From contig CAJINV010000032.1 of NCBI GenBank assembly GCA_905178155.1, positions 57,488-121,487 of the forward strand: a DNA stretch of 64,000 nucleotides. The letters run 5' to 3'. The first letter of the stretch is position 1; every line of letters begins with the position of its first letter. This document shows positions 36,731 to 49,439 of this stretch, piece after piece. A program made the position numbers and the translations under genes. This DNA is from Amoebophrya sp. A120. Taxonomy: Eukaryota; Protista; Dinoflagellata. The notes under the pieces were generated by a model. That model did no database searches. It saw only the letters and a list, made by a program, of their open reading frames with translations, and was not told the origin of the DNA.

Positions 36731-37799
36731 TTTCTTCGAATGGTCTCTGAATCGAAATCGATTTTGATCTTGGACTTTTCGTTTTCGCTATTTTGAGATC
36801 CTTTACTGCAGAACAGGGATTTTCCGTTCTAGATTTCGATTTCTGGATCTCGAGATCTGAAGATGAGAATCGTTGGTTCTACGTACACGGGCCACGGTGG
36901 TTTGAAACAGGTGTAGTACGCAAATTCTGAATCTCAATTCAATTTTCCACACTTCTACCTCCTTTGCACTCCAATTCCAATCGCCGATGCAGCCCGATAC
37001 GCGGTGGAGTAAAGCCATGTCCATGAAGATCTTGTTCCTGCGGTGGAGTAAAGCCGTGAATCTTCCTCTCCATCTCCTTCTTGTGCACCCCGTCCTCCTT
37101 CTCCACAAAGTGAATCATCCCGTAGACCAGTCTCTGCGTTGCTTGCCGCACACCGCCTTTGACGTCAGTCACAGCAACATTCTCCATCCTGCTTTCGCTC
37201 CGCGTTTGGTTTGGCCAGGTTCCGGTCGTCTGGGTGCTCCTCTTTCCATTCTGGATGAACCCGTCTTGATGTTGCTATGCGCACTGCCGCTCAAACCAGG
37301 CGGTGGCCATCTCCGCCGCGCACTTGCAACCCCATGGTTGCGCCCTCATTATGGTGGGTCCGTGGGTCCTGCAATTCGATGGCGTTGTCCTCATTATTCT
37401 TTGCTCCACAATCGTTCTTTCTGCTGGCACTGTACGCACTATCACTCGCACCTCATCCTCACCGCTACAGCAACGCCACCAATACCAGGGTCAGCCAGGA
37501 CGAGGCCGTTCTCCAAGCGCAAATCCCCGTCCACAGTGTGGGCGTATAGAAGGCGCCGTCAGCCGCGGACAAACGCAGGCTCGCTTGTCCGAAGTGCGCA
37601 GAACCTCCTGCGACTCGCATCAATCCGTTTTTTGTATTTTCCCAGCACAACAATTGCTGGTCTTCGGTCGGACGCGAAGATCCACAAATTTGCACTCTCC
37701 TGCCGTCCAGGCCGTGCCGCGGTTGACCCCGTCGTCTCAAATACCGGTATCAGCATCTCTGCTCGCTTCCCGCTGCCTCCTCCCTCGCGGCCGCTTCTC

Positions 37800-38280
37800 G
37801 ATTCAGAAACGCGAGTAATATTCGTTCTCCCAATACGAAAACTGCACTACATCGCCTTCTTGCCATCGCCGCTACACGATGTTATTTGCAGGAGTAGGTT
37901 GCGGTTGTGCATGACAAACTGGTCGCGACGAAACTCCTACACAGCGCAAGAGGAGTTGAAATCCGTAGTCCAAACCTATCCGCTCCTTCCAATTTTCCAC
38001 ACAGAAGTTCTACTTCGTCGAGAAGGGATGGATGATTTTCACACGTTCCCCAGGCATCTGCTAGTCCGTCTTGCAGCTTACCTGCATGTGCAATCAATTC
38101 CGTGCGGTCCTCTTCAGTAAAACGAAGCGCAGGTGGGCTGGAGCTGGCAGTTCCGTTTCCTCCCGTTCCCTGCAATACAAATTCCGAACAAATGTCCTCT
38201 TCCTCCACACCCGGTACCGTGCCGTCTTTGTGAGAGGGGATTGCTGCCGCTGACCATCTTTTGCTCTCCTGTCGTCCTTC
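37800..38280 (-). pseudogene. Degenerate duplicate of the last zDHHC exon
   Basis: KIIHPFSTK*...NWKERIGLDYGFQLLLR...YWENEYYSRF with stops and frameshifts. Confidence 0.8.
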
Positions 38281-39222
38281 GCAAAGCAATGCTTGCATCA
38301 GAACATGTTCCAAACTCTATCCCGCGACGTGAACTCCTGCTTCCTCCACTATAAGGCACGGCACCGATACCAGTGTGGCCGGAAACTGCTGGACACCGTG
38401 GTAAACGCGTGGCTTCACTGTCGCTCGGTGGGACGCTGCAGGTTGACTTGCTGAGATCGAAAATTTCTGATCCGGAATGGTGCATTTGCACATGATCTTT
38501 TAGTTGCAACTGTGCACATTTCATATTAGCATTCGTTTGGTGCGAATCAGATTCCGACCTCCAGATACCTTGCTGTCACGCGACGGAGCCACTGCACTTT
38601 CGTTTCTTCCCGCACTTCGCGGTTTATCTCCAGCGTGAAGCACTGAAAACTGCGTCGGTTTCTTGATCATTTCTTCTGCAATTCGCGCCACCTGCACTTC
38701 GGGTTAAATCATACACCTCTCTCGCGGTCACTGGATTCCAAGAGATCCGCATTCTTCCCTGCGACACGCGTGACGGCCGCATCTTCTTCCCTGCGGCAAG
38801 GCATCCTCAACCGTTCCGTATTTATCCCATCATTTACTGCATTCGCAACCGTTCTTTCCGCTGGTAGTGCATGCGCTGCCACTCAGACCTCGTCCTCACC
38901 GCTACAGCAATGCCACCAATACCACCGTCAGCTAGAACGAGGCCGTTTTCAAAGCGCAAATCCCCGTCCAGCACAGTGCGGGCGTATCGCAGGCTCTGTC
39001 AGCCGCGAGTGCATCGCAGCCTCGCTTGTCGTCCGCAGTGCGCAGAACGTCTTGCGACTCGCATCAATCCGTCCGTTCTCTTCCCCCAGCAAAACGACTG
39101 CTGGTCCTCAGTCGGACGCGAAGACCCACTACTCCGCACTTCCCTGCCGTCCAGGCCGCATGGCGATTGATTCCGTCCCAAATACCGGCATCAGCATCTC
39201 TGCTCGCTGCCCGTAGCTCCAC

Positions 39223-39460
39223 TCAGAAACACGTGTAATACTCGTTTTCCCAGTACGAAGACGGCACTGGATCGCCTTCTTGCCATCGGCGCCAGCGGTA
39301 GACGACATTACTCGTAGTTTGCGGTCGCGCATGACAAGGCGATCTTGAAGCCCAGCGGAACAGGAGTTGAAACCCGTAGTCCAGGCTGATCCGCTGCTTC
39401 CAATTTTCGAAAAACGAGTTTCTCGTTGAGAAAGGATGGATGACCTTCACGCTGCCTCTT
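39223..39460 (-). pseudogene. Partial duplicate of the last zDHHC exon
   Basis: VIHPFSTRNSFFENWKQRISLDYGFQLL...YWENEYYTCF*. Confidence 0.8.
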
Positions 39461-39783
39461 CTTCTCGTTTTCGCAAGCGTTTCCGCCAGCCCTGTGTGCA
39501 TTAGAAATCCAGTACCTGGTACGCACCACTACAGCAATCCCGTCAATGCCACAGTCACGCAGGCCAGGGCGACACTCCACGCACGAATTCCCGTCCGCAA
39601 CACGCGCAGATTCCGTCAACCGCAGATGCGCCAACGGCTTACTTGTCCAAAAACAAAATGCGCACAGCCGTCTGCGACTCGCATTAAGCTGCACGTTCGT
39701 TCTCCCAGCAAAACGAGGACAGTTGGTCCTGAGTCAGGCGTCGACTTCTTCCCAGTACATTCTGCTCGCTGTTCGCAGCTCCG

Positions 39784-42179
39784 CTAGAAACACGAGTAAT
39801 ACTCGTTCTCCCAATACGAAAACGGCACTGGATCGCCTTCTTGCCATCGGCGCCAGCGGTAGACGATGTTGCTTGTAGTTTGCGGTCGTGCATGACAAGC
39901 TGATCGCGACGACACTCCCACCCAGCGCAACAGCATTTGAAATCCGTAGTCCAGACTGACCCGCTCCTTCCAGTTTGCCAGACAGGAGTTCTTCGTCGAG
40001 AAAGGATGAATGATTTTCACACGGCGATCAGGCACGAAGTCACTGCCAGCATCCACTGTTCCGTTCTGCGGCGTATCTGTCTGCGCAATCAATTCCGTGC
40101 TGTCCTCCGTGCGGTGGGGCGTAGGCGAACTGCAGCCACCTGCGTTGGAGATTCCATTCCCGTCTGGCTCGTTCCTGCAATACAAATTCCGCACGTAAAC
40201 CGGCTGCGACCAGTGCTCCCAGGTGGTCTGGTTCGTGGAAATGAGGCAGCTATGCAATGCAAAACCATCGTACTAGTAAAAATTGCATTACAAATTTCTT
40301 CAGCATGAGAAATAAAATTTGTAATGCGGATTTACGTTGAGAAAAGAATTTGTAATGCATTATTGTAATAAATACGAATACGATACTTTTGCACAGGGTA
40401 GTAGCAGTGATACAGCAATAGTCCACACGTGAAGGCCGTGAAGGGTAAGAGCGCAAGCAGCACCAGGAATATCTTCGTCTTCGAAGATATCATGCTCGGC
40501 ATTTCCGGGTTGAAAACCAGGTTTTTCCAGTGCAGAAAGCACAACACAACCGCCAGGAACAGTAGCAACACGAACCTCCCATGGTTCTTTTCGCCGACAC
40601 CGTATGCATTGCAAATATGTAGTCTGGGTCTGGAAGGTTGTAACTTGTCATGCTGTCTTTGGATTCTAAAAGAAGTTTGTGTTGCATGACCAGCAAGAGG
40701 AGTCCAGTTTGCTCTACGCGGAGACCACGAGGGCATTTCTCATGCGGAAGAGGCATCAGGAAGCCATCTAAAAATCTGTGATGCTAGGTCATGCATTACA
40801 GGCGTCATGGGTCACGCAAGTTTATGCATGACAAACCTGGCAATCTTCCAGACCCAGACGTATTTGCATTGGATACAACGCCGCCGATCCAAAAACAGTG
40901 GTGATCGAAGGTCAGGACGCACTGCTTGCTGACCCGACAGTGCCGTGACCGGAGAGGGCAGTAATGGTGGCATTGGTGACAGTAATGGTACTTGAGACCA
41001 CCACTTCCACTTCTACCAGGCGTTGATCTAGCTACTCGTCCATCGCATCGACGGCCCGCTGCATCTTCCTCGTGTGTCGAGACTATCCTCGTACGATGAT
41101 AGTCTCCGGCAGCAGTCGTCCTTTCGGGCACCGATGATGAGACTGATATTTCATCCTCGTACAACTGATGGTCAGCTTTGACGTTTTTCAGCAGGGTGTC
41201 TTCGCCCGGTCTGGAGCTAGCAGTCCCTGCTTCCTCCTCCAGCAAGGATGTTGCGCTCTTCGGATCGTCGAGAGTGGGCCCTTCGCCGCCAGCATCCGAT
41301 GGACGCCAGTATTGCGGCTCCTCCAGCACAAGCTGCCGTCCTTGAAAAAACCCGGGGTGGTACCGCGTCGTCCAGTAGATGGCGAAGAATAGAAGGTGTA
41401 AAACCATCTCCAAAAGCCCAGGGAGTGTCAGAAAACTGCAATTCTGATCCCCGTCACCAGGACATCCGCTGTTCGATGAACTTCTTCCGGCGGTCCTCTG
41501 TGCGGTCACGCTGAACCCGTAGCTGCACGTGACAAGAAACGCCACCATTCCGAAGCAGAAGTAGAAAACCTGGTCAGTTTGATTCAACGAAGATCCGGAT
41601 TTTGTCATGCGCCTTTCGCAATAGAAGTTATCGTAGATGAGCAGGTCGAGGTCTTGGTGCTCGCCGATCAGAAGCTTGCCGGTCTTGAAGTCTTATGCAT
41701 TGCAAAAGTAGCATTTGATCGTACCAGTTGGAGAAAATGCATGACAAATCTCGCTTGAAAGCTAAATCCGCATGACAAACGCCGGTTTTCATGCTGAGCA
41801 GATTTGTCATGCTGCACAGATTTGTCATGCTCATGCCGAGCGGATTTGTCATGCAGCTTGGCATTGACTAACTATCCAAGTACGATCACAAAACAATTTT
41901 TGCACAGGATATTCTTCGTGCGAGCGATTCCTCGATCCCCAGCTCTTTCAGCACTGAGTCGTCCCACTGTGGAATCGGAAGTTTTTCAAGAGAAGCAGTT
42001 GCTCGTCCAAAAGCGGTGCTCACTCCTCCGTTCGTTGAAAAATCCTTTCGCTCTACTTCTTGCTGTTCCTCCGGGAATCTGTCATGCGGTTCTTTTTCCT
42101 GCTCCACGCAACCTCCTTCCTCCGCAAAGAGCACCGTCCGCACGGACTGGAGATCGTGGTCTCGGATGAACGAGGGCAT
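39784..42179 (-). CDS. zDHHC protein S-palmitoyltransferase; 3 introner introns
   Basis: [44 protein letters not shown], four hydrophobic segments, NQTTWE and HPFS...NW motifs; introns 41694-41911, 40603-40875, 40251-40400; start uncertain. Confidence 0.92.
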
Positions 42180-42988
42180 CTCGCGTTGATCCTGATGTGT
42201 GAAGATCCGTTCGTCAGGCAGTATTACTTAGCTTGTCTTCGTCCACCGGTGCGGACAGAAAGCGCCGCCGGCCGTCGTGTGTCCCCCGGCCGTGGGAGCC
42301 TTTGCTAGGCTGTCTTGATGGTGGGCTTCTTCAGTTTCTTCTTATTTCTTCACTCGAAAAGGAAAATAGCAGCTTAGTGACGACGAGGAAGAGGAATAGC
42401 GACCGCATCTTTTGCTATATCGACGGGTTGTAAAAATTCTAGCAGGTACAATTGCCTCTCTCTGTCGTGCAGACCAGCCTATGAAGTTCAGTTTATTTAG
42501 CTCTGAAAGTGAAATAGAAATCGTAGGCAGAAGGTGTACCTAAAAGCAAAAAGGCCAAGGTCTGCATCACCGACGTCTTCGTATCCGGTCTACCGGGTTT
42601 TCGAAGTTTCTCTATACTGCTGGCTTCTTGTAATTCTTCCATTCTGATCAAAGGATCCACAAGACGAGCCGATTGATCTAAACAAAAACACTGTCAGCCA
42701 TAGACGAAAAACTTGACAGCACGAAACGCAAAGCATAAGCAGCAACTTCACTGCACAACGGCCAAAAGCCGCTTGCCGCGCAAACTCGGCGGCGGACAAC
42801 ACGCGCACCACTGGGGGGGGGGTTTTTTTGGACTATGGTGTCTAACGATCTCTATGCTTCGGCTATGTGTGCTGCAAAGAGCAAAGTCACTTTCAACAAC
42901 ATACATTTTCAACAATATTACTGAGTCACTTTCAACAGTCATTTTCAACAATATTATTCCGCGAGGAGGGACCTCCAAAGCGCGGGAC

Positions 42989-45900
42989 TTAGTCGTCTAT
43001 TGGTAGGTCTTCCTGCTTCAGAAAGCTGTGGGAGAACGTATGCAGGGCAAGCAAAAGACGTCTGGATCGGGAAGATTGCCAATCTTGCCATATAAGAGAT
43101 GTCGTGTTCGACTGGAGGTAAAAGGCGGCTGCTTTTCCTGGTCATGCAATACAGTTGTTCGCTTGTCGCATCACCCAGACCTAGCATCACAAAGTCGGAA
43201 TCTTCCGGAGGACCCAGACATGAAACATTCGCAATGCATAAAGGGCTTTCTGTGCCGAGATGCGGTCCGTGGGGTCGAGTGTCAGGCACTTCTCACAGAT
43301 ATCAAATGTAAAAATGTCTGGGTCTGGAAGATTGCCAGGTTTGTCATGCACATTTTGGATGACTCCTGATGTCTGTGATGCATGCCCTAGCATCACAGAT
43401 TTTGTGAGGGCTTCCTGATGCCTATACCGCATGGCAAATTCTCTTTCCGTGTAGCAAAACTTGGACTCTCTTTGCTGCTCATGCAATACAGATTTTTTTA
43501 GAATCCAAAATCCGCATGAGAAGTTGATGGATTCTTCCAGACCCAGACATTTTTACATTTGATAACAGAGTTTCCGAAACTGTCTCGCGTAGCTGCCCGC
43601 CTGCATGATCCGGCTCTGGGTTCTCTCAGGTTTTTTTCTTTTCTGTATGAGAGTGCACAACCCCCCCGGTTGCTCTCATTTGTCATGCAAAATTGCAAGT
43701 TGGCTTTGAGGAAGTGGAAGATGTCATGCAGAAGAGATACTACATTAACATTTTCGCTTTTGTTTCTGTTGCGAGGTCGTTCATGACAACCAAAGGAGAC
43801 AGCTTGAAGGAGTAGAATTGTGCACTCTCATACTCCTGCCAGCGTAGACGAAATCCTTTACCTTTCCCAATAGCGGTGGGTGGCAAGGCTTGACTGCCCG
43901 GGAGTACAGCTTCCCGTCCTTATCTTCGCGAATATCCGCTGCGCGTTGCTCGAGGAAGAATTCGGTCACTCGCGATTCCTTCGCCCTCTTATCCTGTGCA
44001 AAAGTTTCGTACTCGTAGTAATAAATCGCAGTTACGCATTATATACCTGTTTCTTAAGCTAAACCCGCATTACAAATCTATATTTCTCATGCTGAGGAAT
44101 AGGAAATTTGTAATGCATTTATACGAGTACGATGCTTTTGCAATGCATACCGCTTCAACAAGTCATCGCTGAACCCGCCACCCAGAGTCTCCATCTGCGA
44201 GACATGCTGGAGATCCCGCGTGTCAGGGTCGTCTTCGGTATGCATTGCAAATATGTGTTTGGGTCAGGATTTGTCATGCGAGTTTGGAAGTGCGAGAAGA
44301 TCTGTAAAATGCAAGCGTGCGCTTGAGCAACTTCTTTGTCATGCTGTGAAGCTCAGTTATTTGTCAGCCGTTTTACAAATGAATCTGCGATGAGCCAGGT
44401 CGCAAACTTCGAATTTCTGATACTACTACGCAGTACATGTGACTACTCTGCAACGCAACCTGCATCAGACGCATGAGATTCCAGAGGTGGACACAGATAG
44501 GCTCACAGTGCGTATTTCGTAGTCCGGTGCACCTCTTCGCCCAAATACAGCTCCAACAGAATGCTATGAGAGTGTCAGGATTGAAATCGACAAAGTTGAA
44601 ATAAGTTGTATATGCATAAAATGGATACCAATTGGGCCCACAGTGTCTAGTCGCTGCATGACAAATTTTGTCCGTACTTACCGGAGCCCAGTGTGTCATG
44701 CCGTTTAGGGCGAAGGGGCTCCCCTCTGTGATGTTAATCAGCAGCCCAATTACCGACCCTTAGCAGCGCCACAACCTGCCGCCCTTGCGTCCTCTGCAAT
44801 AGAGGCAATGTCTGCGTTGGATTTTATGCATGGCAAACTCTTTCAACTCTGACGATTTCGATCCTGACACAACCATAAATGCACCCGAAGGAGTAGACGT
44901 CGGTTTGGGTGTTCCATTTCATGCCGAGCATCACCTCGGGACTTCTGTAGTATCGTGTACTTATTTCGTTGAGTCGCTCATATCGCGGATCGTCTTCAAA
45001 GACCGCGCCCCCGCAGTCGATAATCTTGAAGCTGGGAAGTAGCGGGCGTCGGTATTGGCCGTCCTCCCAGTGCCCGAGCTGGAGCACTCCCTTCTCGTCC
45101 CGGTGCCTCGGAGTCCCTTCTCGTCCGGGTGCCTCCTGGCCACTGAAAGTGGCCCGGTGCTTCTTTTCCCAAGCTCTCCACCTGGTTCCGCCGGCCTTCT
45201 GCGCCAGTTGCTCGATGTGCGATCGGACAGGCGGACGGCACGGGCTAGTGCCCGGGAATTGCAGGAGAATATTTTCTATGCATTGCAAAGGCATCGCACT
45301 CGCACTAATTGCAGCCACGCATTACAAATTCTTTGCTCAAGGTAAGTCCGCATGACAAATCCGCTCTTTCATGCTGAGCAAACATGTGAAGACGCGATGA
45401 CAAGTACTAGCGCGATGCTTTTGAAATGCATACTTTCTGGCTTCAAATCCGTATGCACACAGCCCAGGCTGTGCATAAAGCACAACGCCTCGGAGCATCA
45501 ACTGCAAAAATTATGTTTGGGCCTGGAAGATTGCCAGGTATGTCATGCATATTTTGCACGGCCGGCGATGCCTGTACTTAATGCATGACCTAGCATCTTT
45601 ACAGATTTTTGCATTGCTTCCTGATGCATACTCCGCATCAGAAGTGTTCTCTTCGCGTAGCACAAGTCGGAGCATCACAAGCTGCAAGCTTCCAGACCGC
45701 GACACACTTGCAGGGGATAGGAAGCCGTCGCGCGCAATTGCTTGAATATCTCGGAGGAACATCCCTCGCAGTTTATTTCCTAGAAGCAGCTCCCACAGGC
45801 TGCCGTATCCTGCAGAAAAGCACTTCCGACATACCAGAGAGAAACAAAATTGTCATCGCTCTCTTCTGTGTTCCAAAAAGTTCTCCCGCAGCGGCAATTC

Positions 45901-48900
45901 AGCATGACAAAAAATTCGTATCTGTCATGCGGCCATGCATTACACTTTCCCAGTCCGAGATACATGACAGAACTTCTACGCCTCTAGATAGGAATGATCG
46001 CAAATTTCTAATGACAGAACGGCCACGACGAGAACAAGACCAACTCCTTTTTTTGCTGTGTGGGTGTACTACTTTTCTGCGGGATAGAAATCCGAGCTGC
46101 TCAAACACCAGCACCAAGTGCCGCCGTGGCCCGTCGCGGTGAAAAAATTTCTCCAGGAGCTGAACGAGCTTGTCTTATCGCAATGAAAAATCTTCCCTCC
46201 CCATATCGATAGCGCATCTTTCTGAAAATTTGCCATGCAGAATTGTAACCAGAAATCATGTCATCTGCCTTGCATTAAGGCAACTCCGGCCCTTACATAG
46301 GCTTAGATCTGCCTGCACTCGCCTTCTGCAAGACAAATTCGATTTGTGTACACAAGTCCCGCATCACAGATTCCCCTTTGATATAGGAAGGGAGGATTTT
46401 TCATTTTGATATGTATTTGCCGGGATATTCGTCCTCCTCCAACTGATTTGCACTCTGCTGTAGCCTATGCATTGTAAATACGTCTCGGTCCTCTGGAACA
46501 AGAATGTAAAATTGTGATGCGCTTTCTGGAAAAGACAAACCTCTCCTGTGTCGATTTTTGTCGCCAGAAGGCGGCATCACTCATTCAGACTAGGTACTTA
46601 TCAGGGAGCGCCGTCCCGAAAAAGAAAATGTGTCATGCTCTGTGTGCATTACCCACGTTCTTGCAGATGCAAATGCGAAAACTGCATGAAAAAAACATGA
46701 CTGCCTCCAGATCTAGACATTTTACCAGTGGATAAAGCCGCTTCAGCACTCGGTATTCCCCTAGCGCGTCACTCGTATGCGTCTTCCGGGCTCGTACCAC
46801 TTTTGCGGCGTACGCCTTGGTTCTCTCGATCCCTCTCGCCTTAGCCTGTTCCGCGTCACGGACCTCGAGGACGCGACCGAAAGTGCCGTCGCCCAACTGT
46901 TCCCTATGACAGTGCGCAACCCCCCCTCCCCGCCCCTTGTTTGTATCGCATGAACAGCAATACAAACTACACCAGCGACCCTGGACGAGCCTGTGCATGA
47001 CAAATTTATGTGTCTACTGTGGTACTCTTTGTGGTTTCAAAGTTTGTCGTGCAAACAGTGCCACAGGGAAGCGACTGGATTTGAGATTGTGATGCACGAC
47101 ACATGAGGGGGAGGGGGGGTTGTGCACGGTCATATTCCCCGATGACCCACTTGTTGTCCGGGCCTAAGAAATATCAAATGTAAAAGTGTCTGGGTCTGGA
47201 AGAGCACAACTTTGTCATGCACATTTTCCATGATCCGTGATGTCTGTGATGTATGCCATAGCATCACAGATTTCTTGAGCGCTTATCTATGCGCATCCAG
47301 CATGACAAATGCCCTCTCCGCGTAGCCAAAATTGAATCCTCTTGCTGGTCATGCAATACAAGTTTTTTTAGCATCCAAATGCAGCATCACAAGTTTGGCT
47401 CTTCCAGACCCAGACACTTTTACATTTGATAAGAAGTCTCCGGATTTGACCTCGAAGTGCGGCGCACTGTCTTCGTCGTCACTCGCCTCCTCCCGTTGAT
47501 AATTATCGGGTGGAAATTCTTCTCGGTCTGGAAATATGTGTTGCGGCTCGTCGCATTACAGATTCATTTTCATGCGTACAAATGCATGACAAACTGACTT
47601 GTTCCTGCCACCCGTACGAGAAAAAAGATCAATCGTATTCATGTATTACAGACCCTGCTGTGGCTGTCCTTGAAAGGCAGCAACACAGATTCAGACCCAG
47701 ACATATTTGCAATGCATAGTCCTCTGACTCTCCACTGCTACGCCCCCAGCTCCTGATTTCTCGCCGGTTCGACCTGGACCGCCAGTTACGCGGCGTTCTC
47801 CTGACTAAGGTATCGATGTCCAGCTCCGCGAGTTTGCAGCTCGTGTTGGCCTCATCATCCTCATCGGCACAAGCTTGTTCTTCCCGATCTCTTTCCTGAT
47901 CTTCCTCCGGGAGGTTCATATGCTGATACTCCAGTTCTTGCTCTAGCGCGCCGGGTCTGCATGCTGCCTTTCTCCGGATTCGTTCGCACCACTTGTGTAT
48001 CCGGACCAAATTTCTCACCATAGTCTGCAGCTTGTGAACCAATTTACGAACCCGGATTTCACGCAGCAACGTCCCACAGTACAAGCAAAGTTGCACAGCG
48101 AGGACACAGCGGCGGAACTTTTTACTCGTCAGCGCGACGCGCTGTTGGTGATGCTGTTGAGCCCTCGTCGGCTGTTGGTTTTCTTGCTCCAGATTTTGCT
48201 CGTGGGCGTGACGACGATTCCCGCCGCGCGTGGAAGCCGGGCCGTGAGTAACATCCGCTTCCTGTTTGCCCTCGCTCGAAGGACCATTAGCGGCAATTTC
48301 ACTTGTCTGTCTTTCGCGTCGTGGTCTCTTGTCTGTCTTTCGCGTCGTGGTCTCCTTCCCGTCAGGACGAACCCCGAGCGTCTGGCGCGCCGAGCCTCTG
48401 CCCGCCCGCTTCGCCAGCGCTCTTTGTTTCCGTGCTGCTGCGATTTGTAGAGCGATCTGCTCTTTGCGCGTCTGCAACGTCGATTTCGGCGACGCAAGTA
48501 TCATCTGCGGCGCTCCGCCCTCGTGGGGATCTGACTCAGCACACCCTGCTGCAGCAGACGACGTCTTCATAGCGCTTACCGGGGCAGGCTGTTGGTCTGC
48601 TTGTTGGTGTGGTTGCGTTTGTAGATGGTTTGTAGTCGAGGCTGCGGCCCCAGAAGATGACGACTGAGTCACGACTTTTGCTTGGGGAGCACGAAATATG
48701 CATTGCAAATATTTCTGGGTCTGAAAGAGTTCCAACTTGTGACGTCGCTCCCCCTGGATCATCATGCAAACACCCTTGTTGTATGATAGTACCAAGTAAA
48801 GTTGTCTGCTTTACTTCACCATCAAATGGAGACGAGGGAGTTTGTCATGCAGGAAAGGCACGATAGAGACGAATGCAGAATCTGGCATACTACCTCCTGC

Positions 48901-49240
48901 ATGATTGTGGTTCCACTTGTCATGGTCCATGAAAAGCGAAATCCTGCATCCCGACCCAAAAATATTTGCATCTGGTACTTTCGGGTTTTTTCATCCCGTG
49001 GCGCTGCTGGATGGCATGGGATGTTGTAGCTGGAGGCGCGTTGAAATTGAAAACACTGTAATCCGTGTTCGCTGCTCGTCTCAGCTGCTGCAGCTGCTGC
49101 CGTATCTGCTCTTGCTCTGGGTTGTACGCGAACAACGTCTGCTCTTGCTCCTGTATTTGTTGCTGTGTCATCGTCATCAGCTGCTGCTGCTGGATTAAAC
49201 GCTGTAGCTGCGGCCGCCCCCATTGCTCCTGTTGCGGCAT
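42989..49240 (-). CDS. CMGC protein kinase, CLK/LAMMER-like (K1); Gln-rich N-terminus; 15 introner introns
   Basis: LGDGTFGRV, YAAKVV, RHLVLVFE, HTDLKPENIL, IIDCG, STRYYRSPEV, DVYSFGCI, QHVSQMETLGG, CLTLDPTDRISAQKALSHSF; introns start at 48697, 47504, 47172, 46905, 46466, 46176, 45806, 45496, 45277, 44565, 44239, 43990, 43646, 43300, 43039 (+ coordinates). Confidence 0.9.
43300..43564. mobile_element. Introner, family A (young)
   Basis: Perfect 32-bp TIR TATCAAATGTAAAAATGTCTGGGTCTGGAAGA and perfect ACAGA/ACAGA. Confidence 0.96.
43990..44149. mobile_element. Introner, family B, opposite orientation to 51972-52121
   Basis: TATCCTGTGCAAAAG ... CTTTTGCAATGCATA; flanks CCTCT/CCGCT. Confidence 0.9.
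44565..44877. mobile_element. Introner, family G (TATGnnnGTGTCAGGAT(C/T)GAAATCG)
   Basis: Perfect AATGC/AATGC; splits FGCI|LLELY; sister at 62496-62816. Confidence 0.92.
45277..45432. mobile_element. Introner, family B, in the kinase catalytic loop
   Basis: Splits HTDLKPE|NIL; flanks TTTTC/CTTTC. Confidence 0.93.
46176..46411. mobile_element. Introner, family E (TAT(T/C)GCnAnGAAAAATC + C-run)
   Basis: Flanks TGTCT/TGTAT; sisters at 52441, 54822 and 55719. Confidence 0.88.
46905..47134. mobile_element. Introner, family F
   Basis: Perfect TTCCC/TTCCC. Confidence 0.92.
47172..47431. mobile_element. Introner, family A
   Basis: Perfect TIR of more than 30 bp; flanks AGAAA/AGAAG. Confidence 0.94.
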
Positions 49241-49439
49241 GGCTCGGCTTGTGTCTGAGTCTTATTATTCCTGACACAAAAATACCTTTCGACACGGTTT
49301 TGGAACGGATTGGATCCACAGAAAGAAAACGGGTCGTGTATAGACTGGTTGATACTGCTGTTAGTGTTCTTACCCTACACAACTACTAAGGAGCACCAAC
49401 GTGGTCGTGCAATCGACGTTCTGTTGCAGGTTTAAACTT

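Noticed and set aside
41600-41625. Possible introner end (TTGTCATGC...TTTCGCAATA)
   Set aside because: No partner TIR, and the zDHHC frame reads straight through.
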